Position numbers and translations under genes: made by a program. A stretch of 61,129 nucleotides of DNA, filler included, from Catajapyx aquilonaris (Eukaryota): assembly GCA_000934665.2 (NCBI GenBank). It is 3 parts of 3 records of this genome, joined end to end, with 100 filler letters (N's around TTAATTAATTAA, not from the genome) between each part and the next. Parts side by side here need not be neighbours in the genome. Positions count along the whole stretch, not along the records: positions 1 to 20,313 come from JYFJ02006293.1; positions 20,414 to 40,727 come from JYFJ02006294.1; 1 more part is not named here. One strand, given 5' to 3'. The notes beneath the pieces were generated by a model. It ran no database searches. It saw only the letters and a program-made list of their open reading frames with translations, and was not told where the DNA came from. This document shows positions 14,379 to 26,896 of the stretch, piece after piece (positions within the stretch are counted from its first letter, which is position 1; each line of letters begins with the position of its first letter).

Positions 14379-14698
14379 CTTGTCTTCCTCGACGTCTTGA
14401 CCAGCTGGTTCTCCACTGACACCCCCATCCCCACCACCACCACTATCACGCACACCACTCCGCGCACCACTACCGCGATCACCACCAGTTTCCTCTTCGT
14501 CTTCCTCTTCTTCATCGTCCTCCGCGTCATCCCCCTCCTCCTCCTCCTCTTCCTCCTCTTCGACAGGAGGCTTGAGCTGCGCCATGTGGGCCAATTGTTG
14601 CAGGCGCTGCAGTTCCTTTTCCCGAACGCCAACATTTGGGGAAGACACGCGACGTCGTGCCGCGGCACGACAAGCAGCTCCCGCCAGCATCCTTTGAC
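14379..14698 (-). CDS. Probable exon encoding an acidic/Gly-rich segment (MLAGAACR...EEEEEEEEE...VEEDK); ATG at 14690
   Basis: Acceptor aaatttcag|GTC and donor AAG|gtacgt (phase 0), compatible in frame with the 12038 exon. Confidence 0.6.
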
Positions 14699-15637
14699 CT
14701 GAAATTTAACAAAAGGCATGTTCAGCTCAACTAGATGCAAATTCTCCTACAAATCTTCAAAATAAAAATCCCCTAATGAACCATCCCACCATTTGCCATA
14801 CAGTAACCCCCGTTCAATAAACTTCGCAAAAAAAAACCCCTTTCGACAAAGATTGACTATGACTGCTCTCTCACCCTGCCAAAAAAAACTACTTTTATGC
14901 AACTCACGTCTTTCTAGGCCCCCAAATTCGAGTGCCTCTATAAAAACCGGATCGGAGGAGAGCAATAAAAGAGCATCAGCACTGTAGCACGGTCCCTTCC
15001 TCCTACCCCCCAAGTCCCCCAACTACTTTCTACGCGCCTTGTATCTCATCTATTTCCGGAGGTCGCCATGACGACCAATAAGCCATATCGTAGCCGTAAG
15101 GTGCCAGTTGCCTGGAGACCATTAATTTCACTCCCACCACCCCCATCGTATACCCTACATGTTCTTTCTCAGCTCCCACCAGAGATCCTATTAGAGAGCC
15201 TTTCTACCTGTTGCTTTCCACTAGCTTCGTCCTATATATATTTTTTGTAGAAGCCAAGAAAAAAAAGTGGGATAGAAGTGGCTTCCAAGTGTGGTTTTGA
15301 CGATTCTTCGACTTAGACCTTAATTGGATCCGGATGACGCAGGGGAAATAAACTTCCTGCAAAAATAAGCCCGACCATATATATCACAATTGAAATGCAT
15401 GTCGGCTTAACAAAAGCTGATAAATGATAGTCAATGTCGATCCTTTCTTCGCCCCCATGTTTATATAACATAGCAGGCTGGTGTTTGAATTGCGCAGTGA
15501 GATCGGATCCCAAGTTATGGGCAAATGGACGAGTAAGACCTATCTACACCCGTTTGCACAAGCACACCCATTCTGAACTCGGCTCTCTTGGAATTAGTGC
15601 ACTGCACTGTTGGAATAATATTGATAACGCACTTCTA

Positions 15638-15929
15638 CAGGGTGTTAATCCTAAGCGTGTCACCAGAAAAGGTGGTGGTAGAGGACGCAGGTGTGCGCAT
15701 TTTTGCATAAGGAACTATGGGTCGGAAACGCACCCTCACCGAGTCACTCCGCCATGTGCCGCACGCCTCTTGCACACTGCCTGCCGCAAACTTGAAAGGG
15801 GCGTTACTCGGTGAGGGTGCGTTTCCGACCCCTAGTTCCTTATGCAAAAATGCTCACACCTGCACCCTCTACCACCACCTTTTCTAGATATGCTTGTCGG
15901 TGCTTTCATCCAGCAGCTTATGCATCCTG
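15638..15929. mobile_element. Fold-back MITE, Tc1/mariner-like
   Basis: Begins TA|CAGGGTG; long inverted arms about 15665-15750 versus 15805-15886; right end degenerate. Confidence 0.6.
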
Positions 15930-16412
15930 TGAGACAAGCGTGTTGCTGCATAACAATTAGGATGATGCACGTTACCCTGATTGTTATGCAACGGGACGCA
16001 TAACCTGCAGGATGAAAGAGTTAGTAGGAAGAAAGCATGACATGTGACAACGTATCCACAATAGCAAATACAGTCTCCAATATACCAGGATTGAGGTCAT
16101 AACGGTATTACACGTGGTTCGAATAGAGCCAGTCAGGGATTCCATCCCGTAAATTATTATGAACCTCAATAAAAGTGTTCATTAACCGTCAAATTTCATT
16201 AGCTGTGCTTCAGTTTAATCAATCAATTAAATAATGATAATTTTATTGGTGCTTTATTGGTCTGTACTAAATTGTTTCATCTATCCTTTGGCATTGCAAA
16301 CGGGATACATAACCTATGGATAATGCGCGGGGAAATGGTCTTAATGCATTGTTACCCTGCATCGTAATTGCACGGTACACTGGGCAGTTTTTAAGCCAGT
16401 AATTAATGATTA

Positions 16413-16994
16413 CTAGTAGGATACCCGGCGTTGCCTGGGTTATAAAATACTTTTCCATTAGAGTAACTCATTGATTTTGTTGTTACTGCAACATGCCGTG
16501 ACTTTAGCCTTAAGGAATGTAGCCCCAAGTCTTACAACCTAAAACCGGTTGGTATTTAAAGCACCAGTTCGAACCCCGGACCTGTCCCGAGGCCGTAGCT
16601 GGACCGTGCCACCGTGTCAATGATAAAAATAGGATAAGATCAAACCATGGCCGAATAAACCGTTGAAAATGATGAAAAGAACCGGCGTTCGATTTGGAAC
16701 AGTTTCTGGGAGATGGCGAGCTGAAAGTAACAATCGCTGCTTTGGGAAGTAGCTATAATAGAACTGTTGGTGATGAGGGCAATTAGCCTCGCAATTAGCT
16801 GCGTGATGAACGTGATGGGACCTTAGGGGACATGGTATTTCGCCTCCTGTGGTCAAGGATGACCTCGGAGGTCAAGTCCAATGTGCTAAAAACCTTCCCC
16901 GTTAAAAACTACCCCTAATTATCACCCTGGGGCATACGTCGAGGCCTCCGTATTGATTTGCATCGGGAACATACATTGTGAAACATGTATTAGA
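16413..16994 (-). mobile_element. Non-autonomous Helitron, second family
   Basis: Minus strand A|TCTAATAC... ending CCCAGGCAACGCCGGGTATCCTA-CTAG|T; nearly the same 3' hairpin as at 31922-31937. Confidence 0.6.
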
Positions 16995-19900
16995 TGACGA
17001 GTTTATTTAATTTTGGTGAAACGAGATTCGAATCCGTTAGGCTCTACTTTTCAGCTGACCTAAGCCGTCCCTTCGTGCTCTAAATACCTCCAACATCAGC
17101 CCCTCTCTTCTACTATAGCTTACTCAGCAAACCGTCTTACAGGTTTCCCACAAAAACTCTCTCCCTCGATTCAACCGGCCATACAGCATCCCCATCTAAA
17201 AACCTCCTCCGGCACAACCCAGTTCGAATCCTGCCCCATTTGGTCCCTGGCTGATGTTGTTCCGAATCCCCCGCTGCCATCAGCCATCTCTCGCGCTATG
17301 ACTCCATGGCAACCACGCATCCATCGGACCAAGAAATCCCAGGCAATCTCTCTTTCTCTTCATGCACTCCTCCCATCCAACCCCACCCACCCACGGACGC
17401 CCAACAAGCCAAGGACATGACGGCGTCGCCCCCAGCAACAGGTGGCCTACCCCATTTTCCTAAACTCCCCCTGAGGAATCCAATCAATAAGAAATGGAGG
17501 ATGGGGGTGGGATGACGAGGAGGGGGTAGATTCGCACCTGTCATGCCATCCATGCACCCATTAGAGCCACCTGGATTTTCATCGGAGATTTCACACGCGA
17601 TTTTATCACTTCGCGAGCAGATTTTCATGGTAAATGGGTCAATTGGTAGGGTGTGTAATGACAGTGTTTGCAGGGTGAACGGTTAATATTTTTATGGCAA
17701 TTTCATGAATGAGATATATCCACATATATGAAAAAACTTATTCTCGAAACAAACTCACTTCGAGCACTTCGAGCACTGCGAGAAACAACCCCACTTCATA
17801 TTCAGCTACCTACTAGCTGTCACAGGAACCTCCGTAATGATATTACATCACAATTTCCTATCCTGTGCACGCAGAAGGAAATGTGTATAAATGCCCCCTT
17901 ATGTAAAGACATATGCCGTAAGCTGCAAGGGTAGAGTCAACAAAGTAGACTATAACGAAAGGGAGGGGGTATCCAGTGTCAACACGCCTAATGGAAATTG
18001 CCACTTGTGCAAATACAGGTATCGCTTGTTTCATCTTCTATAACGGAGCTCGGATTCTGACGTTTCCCACATGATCTATTCTTAGAACAGTATATTCAAA
18101 ATTTCTCATTATAGGACCGTCCACCGTGCCTCCAGGTAGTTTAATCAACCCCCTAAAAGTGAGGAATTTTTTGAACGATACCTATAGTACCGTGGCACCG
18201 TGCAAAACAAAAGAGAAATGAAATGTAAATAATGCTGATGATGGAGACAATAGGCTTGTCAGAACTATAGAGTGTGTTAATCGGCAGCCAGCAGCCCCTC
18301 TCTCCCCACATCCGCCCAGTAGCCCATTTTAAACTACATATCGGAAAACTCCTGTTGCATCTGGCTTGTGGCTGACCAGGATTTTCACCATCATTTCCCC
18401 GCTTGACGCTGAATAGTGGGGGTAAAGCGGGGCAAGGGGAGAGGAGGGACGTGATGGGGAGGGGGTCTCTCCAGGGAGATTTATTGTGGACCACGTCGGG
18501 CTTGGATTCCGGGATTTAGAACCTCAATGTGTCTCCTGCCTGCCACTCCAATAGCTTGTCTTGCAGTTACATGCTCAAATTTCAGGGTTTAAAACAGGGG
18601 GTTGGATAAGGTATCGCTCAGGTGAATCAGGTAACACTATCTACATTGGGACCAGATGTTATCTATTGTGTTTTCGTTTCAAGCGTGCTTAAGCTAATGA
18701 AAGTGACTGATTATGTACAGGGTAATGACCTCATACTTTACGTATATACTGTCTAGCTACAAATTAATTTAATTTATGAGCCAAAAACATGAAGCTATAG
18801 GCAATGCTAATTACTAGAACAATTATTTGTCATGTTTTGATTTTATCTACAAGACAAGAAGCGGATGTGCTCTATTTTTTTTTAGAACTTTCGCAGCATT
18901 TCTCAACGAGACAACAACAAAAAAAAACCTGGACAGAAGAACCATCGAAAATCGAACATGGGACCCTGATTGGCAGCCTGACGCTTATTCCAATACCCTG
19001 GACTGCCTGTACATAGTGGCGATACACAGTGTACACCACAGCCAGTTATTGACTCATCCTCCATGAATCTTCACCACACCTGAATGAAGTCAAATTAATG
19101 ACGCCCACCATTATCCTAAACATGCTGTGTGAGGGCTATTCGGCAATTAGCATGAAATACCGGCACACTTTGAGCAATGGATCGCACCGCCAGCAAAAAG
19201 AAGAAGAAACTATACTGTTCACTTTGTTCTTCGCCGTACAAAAAAAATGCCTTTTTCCCTAAAGGTTTTAATGCGCTCGCTCTATTGCAAATTGCTAATA
19301 CGCCCAAGTGGTTCCCGCCCAAAGGGCTTTAGGGATGTCCAAAATAATGCCGTCACTAATCCCATCTTGCGATGAACCCCTCGCTGCGGTTGTTTGTTCC
19401 CATATTTGTAATGAATCTCTTCGAAACTTTTCCTTCCAATAAGCTCATTTTCTACCGAAGTGCCCTATGAGAGCATGTTATTCGTCTTCCCTTGTTTGTA
19501 AATCACCGTGCTCCAAGTCATCAATATTTTTTTAGGTCCCGCGATATTTGAGCTCTTTATAACCCCCCAGCTAGCCTATACCTGCCAGCACCACAAAAAA
19601 TCAAGGACTATTGACTAAAACCGTGCCATTAATTTATGCGCTAGTAATTACGGGCTATTCCCTTGTTTGCAAGTAGCAATTTCCATCTTACGCCGTTAAT
19701 TACCCTTCAAAACCGGCACAAAATACCCCACATATTTACCGTCAAACCCCTGTAATTAGTTTCTAATGATAACCCTTTGGCACAGGGCTCCCGACTGTAA
19801 ACATGACCTTTCTTAAGGTCAACGTGATTACCCGTTACAGGAGGTGGGCTAAGTGGGGATCCGGCTGCAATATAGGTAAGGCAATTAGTAGGCATCCCGC

Positions 19901-20313
19901 GAACCCCACGGCAGAGGGGGAACCAATCAGCATTCCTCCAGGGACGACCACTCTGGACATCCCTGGCACACCGAGAGTAATAGACGGGAGGGATAGGCAA
20001 TTAAGCGGCCTAATTATCTGGTCAAGTGACCCCGGGGAACAAAGCAGAGCCTGCCCGCATTAATTTACCCCACAGATACCCCACCCCCCTGCCCCTCTTC
20101 GCTATTCTCCTCCCGTCACCACCACTCATTCAATCTGTTCTCCCCAACTCTCCTTTGTGACTGATGAGCATCCATCACACCAACACTCCATGTCCCCTTT
20201 GTGTGTGCCACTCCCTCTTCTTGGAGACATCTTTTAGGTAAACATCTTCCATCGGCAATCATTACACAAAGGAAGATTCCCTTAGCTGAGCTAAGGGAAT
20301 CTTCCTTTGTGTA

Positions 20314-20413
20314 NNNNNNNNNNNNNNNNNNNNNNNNNNNNNNNNNNNNNNNNNNNNTTAATTAATTAANNNNNNNNNNNNNNNNNNNNNNNNNNNNNNN
20401 NNNNNNNNNNNNN
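20314..20413. other. Assembly spacer N44-TTAATTAATTAA-N44
   Basis: 100-nt block with a six-frame stop linker; identical design at 40728-40827. Confidence 0.95.
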
Positions 20414-23104
20414 TATGTGACCTGAATATTAACATGGCATCACCTGGACATCACGTGGGCATGGCATCACCTTGGGTCACAAATGACATGACCGTTTGTC
20501 GCACCGGAACTCGCGTTGCAGGTGGAGTAAGAAGGAAATCAGGCTTGGCGCATTCAAATCTGCCGCGCAAAGACATAATAATAATTATTGAGTTTCATAT
20601 ATTATGGTCAATATGCAGCCCATAATAGCGGGCTAAATGATTGCTGTTAAAATTATAAGTATGTGCTACGAGCGCCATCGCAAACCCCGTATTTTCTTCG
20701 CTTTTATTTGCAGCCACCTGGCGGCAAATGCCGAAGCTCTTGGATTCGGAGCGCCCTGGGTGAACTATGTGTATTTGGAAATTATGCACACTGGAGGGAC
20801 ATCCGCCATTTTCCGCCATCAGCGCCGTCTGGCCAGGACACAGTTATTAACCTACCGTCATCATACATGTAGGTGGGATGTGTCAGGGGGCTGAGCGGGC
20901 CGGATTCGGGCGCGCATGCAACCGCCCGCTCTCCAAATCAGCCATGAATGATTGTTATTACAAGTATATAAACGCGCGCATAGTATCGATCGCGCGGAAG
21001 GTGGCCTCCCCCTGCCTTCGCGGCCGACCAATCCCGCGCGAGGGGGAGGCCAGCTGGCCGGGCCGGGCTACACCCAGGCTACGTCATCTTGACGTCACCG
21101 CGCGCAATCTCTCTGGTAGCATGCGAGCGGGCTTCTACGAGTATAGAGGTCCTGGCAACTCTACGGCCACTTGTCTGAGTCCTCATGTGCATTCCTGGAT
21201 GCTGTTGTGAGCAGATGTCGTGCAATGCCATTCAATGAGTCGCACACTTCATCTTTTCCAAAAACTTGCCCCGCCGTTGGTATTTAAATGTTAGTAATGA
21301 AAAATGCATCATATTGTTTGCATATGAAACATCGATTCCAGCAGGCCATAGTAATCCAGAGTCACTTGTAAAATAACATTTGCACTGATCTAATTATTCG
21401 AATACCGGTATATCAAATAATGTCATCAAACTACATATCACCTGCCAAATGTCTCATATTTTGCTCGTGGAATTTGGAACGATTGATTGAAGGATAAGTT
21501 AGATAGTTATATGGAAATAAACCAATGTAATAAAGATGGATTTGGATGACAAATTGTGGCTTTTCATTGCTCTCAAAACGACTTTCATGATGCGTCACTT
21601 ATGCTATTAAAATTTGCGTTTTGTATAGAGCCTTTAGTATTGACCTGCATTATCAGCCACGCTTGACGGACTATCGGTAATAACTGACTCGAAATCCCAG
21701 ACTTGGCATGCTTCCATAAGGCCCTGTATATTTTTACTCCTGATATTTTCACCTCACTTCGGATGCAACAGACGAATTTTGGCCTCTCGGTGGGCAAAAA
21801 CGTAGTTTTTTTTTAAAAATTATTCGACGTCCTTTCCCGTGCGCAAGAAGGCTGAGGATATAGCCTACTTTAAAGGGGTGTAAAGGGCTGACCAGCCAGT
21901 GCGGCTCTACAGCCTCGTCGGCTGAGGATACTGGAGCGGGGGTGTTTATCGCATCTGTCACTGACCTAAGCTACTCAAAATAATACTTTTCTGGTATCGT
22001 ATTTGGCAACAAGGAGACGGCAGAAGAAAATTACTAATTTTTTGAGTCCTACCTAATTTATAATTTTTGTGGATAGTTTCATTAATAAATGCAGCAGTGT
22101 GGATTATAAGCATATGGAATTCAGAAAACGTTACGTATTCGTTGCAAAAATGTCGATTCGGTTATAACAGACCTCGGTTATGTAACAAGCTCTTTTTCTG
22201 CGGTCCCTTGAAGTCTGTTATATCCGGAGTCAACTGTGTAGGAAATCTTTCTTGGCAGTTTCACAACTAGGCTATCATAATTTTCAATTGATCATTGTGA
22301 TTATGTTTATGGATCATGATTTCCGTGCTCTGGATATGTGATAAGAGACAAACGTGTATAATGGAGGTGCTAATTTTTCTCTGAGCCGTAAAAAAAAGAA
22401 GCGCAAAATGAGAAATTCGCGTTTCCTGAAATTTTGTACTCCGTACTTTGACAAACACCAATAAGTTCAACATAATATGTACCCGACACTACACACGACG
22501 GGTTTGCTGCTATATATTGACATGTTTCTCGGAAGAATCCCATATGTCAAGTGACAACCATTTTTCAAGAAAGGGGGAAAAAAATGCACATGGGCCATAC
22601 TATAATTGCAGTAGCGTGTCAGTTTTATTATTATTATAGTGTAGATGACACACACTTACATTCAACTATGCAAATTAGTCACTACAATGTTATTTTAAAT
22701 ATTAAATCAGCCTGACAGTTGACCGGTACCCTAATCCCTAGATTTCAAGTTTTTTATTTTTATTTTTATTTCTACAGCGATCTTATTAGAAATTATTATT
22801 TCCAATACTGTAGTACATAGGCTACTTTGTGTAGAGCATGAACGTGTAAGTGTAGCTGGTACTATTTGTGAAATAATATATTGATCTTATCCTCACAGTC
22901 AGAGTACGTGTGAGTTGAACAGAAGCGAAAATCTATAGGCGAGCTGGAATAGTACTCTGCGGCGATTTTTTTGAAAATTAATTTACGGACTTCTATGTGA
23001 TGAAAGTTGTGCAGCCTGTAGATGCGCTGTGTTATTATTTGTAAAATATCTTGTCTTAATTTGCAAGTTGAACGGAAGCGGAAAAAAATCTAGCCGAGCT
23101 GGTA

Positions 23105-23485
23105 CAGTACCCTGCATTAATGGCCATGCACAGACATCGCCATCTGGCCAGATTGAGCGGAACTAGGCGTCTGGTGGGCTGTGTCCAAAAATCAAGACTG
23201 CTTACAAGTCCACTCTAGGCGGCTCAAGATATCGCGGTGGATTAACAGGCATTCGCTCGGTCCGTGTAATAACTGGCTCACAACCTCAATACATTGATAG
23301 GAATCGCAATGGCCTTATAATTCATCCCACAGATATATCTGTGATCCATCTTTGTAGCAAGAGTTTGAATCTACCGCTATATCTTGAGCAGTCCAAGTAT
23401 TTTGGACGCACCCCACAGGCGCCTATTTCCGCTCGTTCTTGGACAGGTGGCGATGTCTGTGCATGGCCATTAATGCAGGGTACTG
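23105..23485. mobile_element. Tc1/mariner-type MITE (381 bp)
   Basis: TA TSD; TIR CAGTACCCTGCATTAATGGCCATGCACAGACATCGCCA is perfect at both ends and extends imperfectly to about 100 bp. Confidence 0.9.
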
Positions 23486-23741
23486 TACTCCGCGGTCGAG
23501 TTCTCATCGCCTAGATTCTAGGTGATGGAAATGTTTTAACTGCAGTCATTCACTATAACCTGAGAATAAATCACGTCAGTGTGTCATTCACGCTGGGTAT
23601 AGCCTACAGTACCAGCCGGGTGCACAGCATGACTTTCTCTACAGTGAGAGAATTACCCCGTCATATTACAAAGGGGTTTTGTTGTTCACACCGTTGCATT
23701 GTGGCTATCCTTAAATAAATAAATACTGTAAATATTGAAGC

Positions 23742-24144
23742 TGTGACCCGAGCGGCTGGGTACATACAGAAGAAAAAGCAAGTGGGGTTTGTTCAAGCAC
23801 AGTGAGTTTATTTGCAAGCAAATGAGTACGTAAGGATAAAAAGGTTAAGGAGGGAATTTAAGGTAACCAGAAAGGTAGCAAGGATAACCAGGTATGGGTA
23901 GGTAACCTCCGGAGAGGAGTGACTGTTGACCAGGATATTCTCCTGGCTACTAAGCCTCGAGTGTTGGTCAGCGGCTGGTTATATAGGTAGTGCCCCAATG
24001 CGAGGTGGGTATGGATGTTGGCAGGAGTCACGTGACAGGTATGCGGCACGTGGGAAGCCAAGTTGGAAAAGTACATGTACAGTGTGGTACAAAATAACAT
24101 CCGTTAAGTGGGGCATCATATGGGCACGATAAAATTCGGTCACA
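23742..24144 (-). repeat. 3' LTR (403 bp), preceded on the minus strand by polypurine tract GAGGGGAGGTG
   Basis: Direct repeat of 26897 onward with 2 substitutions spotted by eye over about 370 bp. Confidence 0.95.
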
Positions 24145-24347
24145 CACCTCCCCTCAAAGCTGATGCACCCGGTGAGAACGGGTGTAGTCAAAACAAACGA
24201 CAGTAAAGAAAGCTATCGGAGACAGAATTATGCAAAGGAGGAGGCATCATTTATCACTGAGTTTGTGCACGATAATGTTCAAGAGTAATATACTACACTC
24301 TATATTTAGGGGCTGGCCAGCCATTAATGCTAACATGTTATGTACCC

Positions 24348-26873
24348 TTAATAACCATAAAAAGAAAGAACTCTGGATAGCGATGACGACCGATTTAAGT
24401 CCATTGTCTCTTGGTCGACACCGTAACTGCTATCTCCCTGAAGGGGTGCTTTCTCACGTTCAGGCGAGGAAGTCTCACTCTCCGTCACTGTATACCGAGG
24501 TTTAGGTTTGTCTGGGATCACTGTAACTTTACCAGGCGGGCGTCCTCGAGGGCGTCGAATGGGCCCGATGGAATCTGGGACGAGTGGCTTCTTCTTGAAG
24601 TAAAACTGCCTCGGAGGTATGGCGGCTGGTAGGACAGGCGTCCTTGTCGAGGTACTGGGTTGTGCAGCAGGCTGCGGTGGCTTGGTTGTCTCTACGGTAC
24701 CTCGTGAGGGACCGGCTTTGCTGACTGGTCCGACAGGTTTCGTCATCAGTTGAGGGCGTGTCTTGGGGGCTGCGACCAGGAAGCGTTTGGCGATCTGGAC
24801 GGCGCGTTGGTTCACCGGCTGTTTTGGTTGGTGTGCCGGGAGATCTGCTTTTGGAGTGGCAATGTCTTCGGCTTCCGGTGTCTCTTGCTCAGGCTCGCTC
24901 TCCGTTGGTGTGGTCGGCGTACGGGCAGTCGGTGAGGCTGCTGGTGCATCTTCAGGCGTCTCTTCAGGTGTGGGAAGAAGGGCGTCTGCGACCGGCGAGG
25001 CTGGCGTGGTGGTTGGTTGCGATGCGTCCTCGTCATCGTCATCGTCAATAATAAGAACTCTCCTCGGTGGCGTATGCACATCTCCAGGATCGAATTCAAG
25101 ATCGGAGATGTTGGAGGAGGAAGAGGATAATGCTCTCGAAGGAGCTGTCGATGTTGATGCAGGAAGGGGAGCCATCCTTGGAGGAAAAAGCATAGTTGGG
25201 TTGATGGGTTTAGGTTGCGGAGGAGGCGGTTTCGGTGGAGCAGCAGGCTGCGATGTAAAATCACCGAAAGCCGGTTTCAGTCGGTTGAAGTGGACTGTCT
25301 CCGTTTTCCCATTCAGGTCCCTGATTTCGTAAGTGGTCTCGCCGATACGGCGGAGTACCTGAAACGGGCCTGACCAGGGTTTCTGTAGCTTCTTATGTAC
25401 CCCCTTCTTTAACCAGACCCACGAACCTTCTGGGTAAGGCTTCCCATGTATCCGCTTATCATATTGGGATTTCTGCTTGGCCCGTGCTGCATTCAGTTTG
25501 CGGCGGGCGTTGTTGAATAAAGTCTGGAAGTCGTTCGACATGCGCTTGACATGAGCGGAAGTTGTTTCAGCTTCGCCCAAACGTCCCAACACTAAAAGAT
25601 CTTCTGGGAGCTTGGCGTCACGGCCAAAGACCATTTTGAAAGGGGTCATGCCCGTGGAAGAATGAGAGTTGTTCCGGTACGCGAATAGAGTGTACGGGAG
25701 ACATTCGTCCCAATCGGTAGGGCGTTGTGCGACTTGGGCCTTCAACAATTGGACTAGAGTGCCGTTAAGGCGCTCCACCATTCCGTTGCCTTGCGGGTGG
25801 TATGCGGTTGTTCGCACTTTCCCGAAGGAAAAGATCTTGCCAATTTCATGAAACACTTCGCTGTCGAACTGTGTGCCCCTGTCGGAGAGTAAACACGAAG
25901 GGATACCATACCGACAGATGTGTTCCTTTACAAGGGCTTGTGCCACAGTTATTGCGTCGATCTGGGGGAGAGGATATGCCTCCGCCCATTTAGTAAAGAA
26001 ATCGACGATTACCAAGATGTACCGATTTCCAGATGCAGTGATGGGAAGAGGTCCGACTAAGTCGATACCCAACATCTGCATTGGATTGCCCACTTCAATA
26101 GGTTGTAAAGGGGCTCTGAATTTCGTTCCAGGAGACTTTGTCTCCTGGCAAACAAGACATTCTTTACACCAGCTCATGATGTCTGTTCTTATCCCGGGCC
26201 AGTAAACTCGGTCCTTGATAAGGTTGTAGGTTTTCTCGTAGCCATAGTGGCCACCCGTTAAAGAATCGTGATACATTTCGAATATCGTTTTTCCCCGAGA
26301 CGGGGGTATCACTACCTCATTATCGGTAACACCTTTTCGACGAAAGACCAAATCACCGTCTACTACAAGGTATTTAGTGTCTTTCGTCCATACAGACGAT
26401 GCTGGGAGAGGAAGACCGAAACGCAAGTGACGTCGGACTTCCTGAAGGTCTGTGTCTTGAGATTGCCAGCTGGAGGCGAGGGGGTAATCACTTATGGATG
26501 AGAAAACCACCTCGGTGTCTGGTTGTGGATAGCGGGATAATGCATCCACGTGTGATAGGAGCTTTCCCGGCGTGTATATGATGTGAGGAGCGTACTCTTC
26601 CATCAAAAGGATCCATCGAGCGAATTTGCCCGATGGGTTCTTCATAGCCCGCAACCACTTCAGCGGGTTATGGTCTGTTACAATCGCACACCGTTGGCCG
26701 TAGATGTATGGCCTGAAAGTTTTAAGAGCTTGGATCATACCCAAAGCCTCTCTCTCTATCACTGAATAGTTTCTCTCTGCAGGAGAGAGTAATTTACTCG
26801 AGTATACTAGAACGCGTTCTTTCCCGTCCTGTACTTGGGAGAGAATGTTCCCGATTCCTATGCCACTGGCATC
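24348..26873 (-). CDS. pol: Truncated pol frame: RNase H + integrase (HHCC, DDE core, GPY/F) + Pro/Thr/Glu-rich tail of about 300 aa
   Basis: DASGIGIG, ERNYSVIEREAL, TDHNPL; HDSLTGGH..CLVC; GIDLVGP, SDRGTQF, GMVERLN; WSGPFQV..VHFNRLKP; no stop codons. Confidence 0.92.
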   Translation of the reverse strand, partial: DASGIGIGNILSQVQDGKERVLVYSSKLLSPAERNYSVIEREALGMIQALKTFRPYIYGQRCAIVTDHNPLKWLRAMKNPSGKFARWILLMEEYAPHIIYTPGKLLSHVDALSRYPQPDTEVVFSSISDYPLASSWQSQDTDLQEVRRHLRFGLPLPASSVWTKDTKYLVVDGDLVFRRKGVTDNEVVIPPSRGKTIFEMYHDSLTGGHYGYEKTYNLIKDRVYWPGIRTDIMSWCKECLVCQETKSPGTKFRAPLQPIEVGNPMQMLGIDLVGPLPITASGNRYILVIVDFFTKWAEAYPLPQIDAITVAQALVKEHICRYGIPSCLLSDRGTQFDSEVFHEIGKIFSFGKVRTTAYHPQGNGMVERLNGTLVQLLKAQVAQRPTDWDECLPYTLFAYRNNSHSSTGMTPFKMVFGRDAKLPEDLLVLGRLGEAETTSAHVKRMSNDFQTLFNNARRKLNAARAKQKSQYDKRIHGKPYPEGSWVWLKKGVHKKLQKPWSGPFQVLRRIGETTYEIRDLNGKTETVHFNRLKPAFGDFTSQPAAPPKPPPPQPKPINPTMLFPPRMAPLPASTSTAPSRALSSSSSNISDLEFDPGDVHTPPRRVLIIDDDDDEDASQPTTTPASPVADALLPTPEETPEDAPAASPTARTPTTPTESEPEQETPEAEDIATPKADLPAHQPKQPVNQRAVQIAKRFLVAAPKTRPQLMTKPVGPVSKAGPSRGTVETTKPPQPAAQPSTSTRTPVLPAAIPPRQFYFKKKPLVPDSIGPIRRPRGRPPGKVTVIPDKPKPRYTVTESETSSPEREKAPLQGDSSYGVDQETMDLNRSSSLSRVLSFYGY

Positions 26874-26888
26874 CCACTTCTGACACCA
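26871..26888 (-). promoter_or_regulatory. Primer-binding site TGGTGTCAGAAGTGGGAT (tRNA-Leu type)
   Basis: 18-mer beginning TGG, 8 nt inside the 5' LTR; matches my recollection of a tRNA-Leu 3' end. Confidence 0.8.
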
Positions 26889-26896
26889 CGTTTATA

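Noticed and set aside
20358..20369. TTAATTAATTAA palindrome (also 40772-40783)
   Set aside because: Centred in N runs; an artificial six-frame stop linker, not biology
22180..22240. pogo/Tigger-like TIR end (similar one at about 39630-39656)
   Set aside because: Only one terminus recognisable at each site; boundaries cannot be supported
23858..24191. Identical 80-aa ORFs here and at 27013-27255
   Set aside because: Chance ORFs within the duplicated LTRs
24763..25332. 189-aa and other ORFs overlapping the integrase tail
   Set aside because: Antisense or alternate-frame shadows of a GC-rich low-complexity coding region
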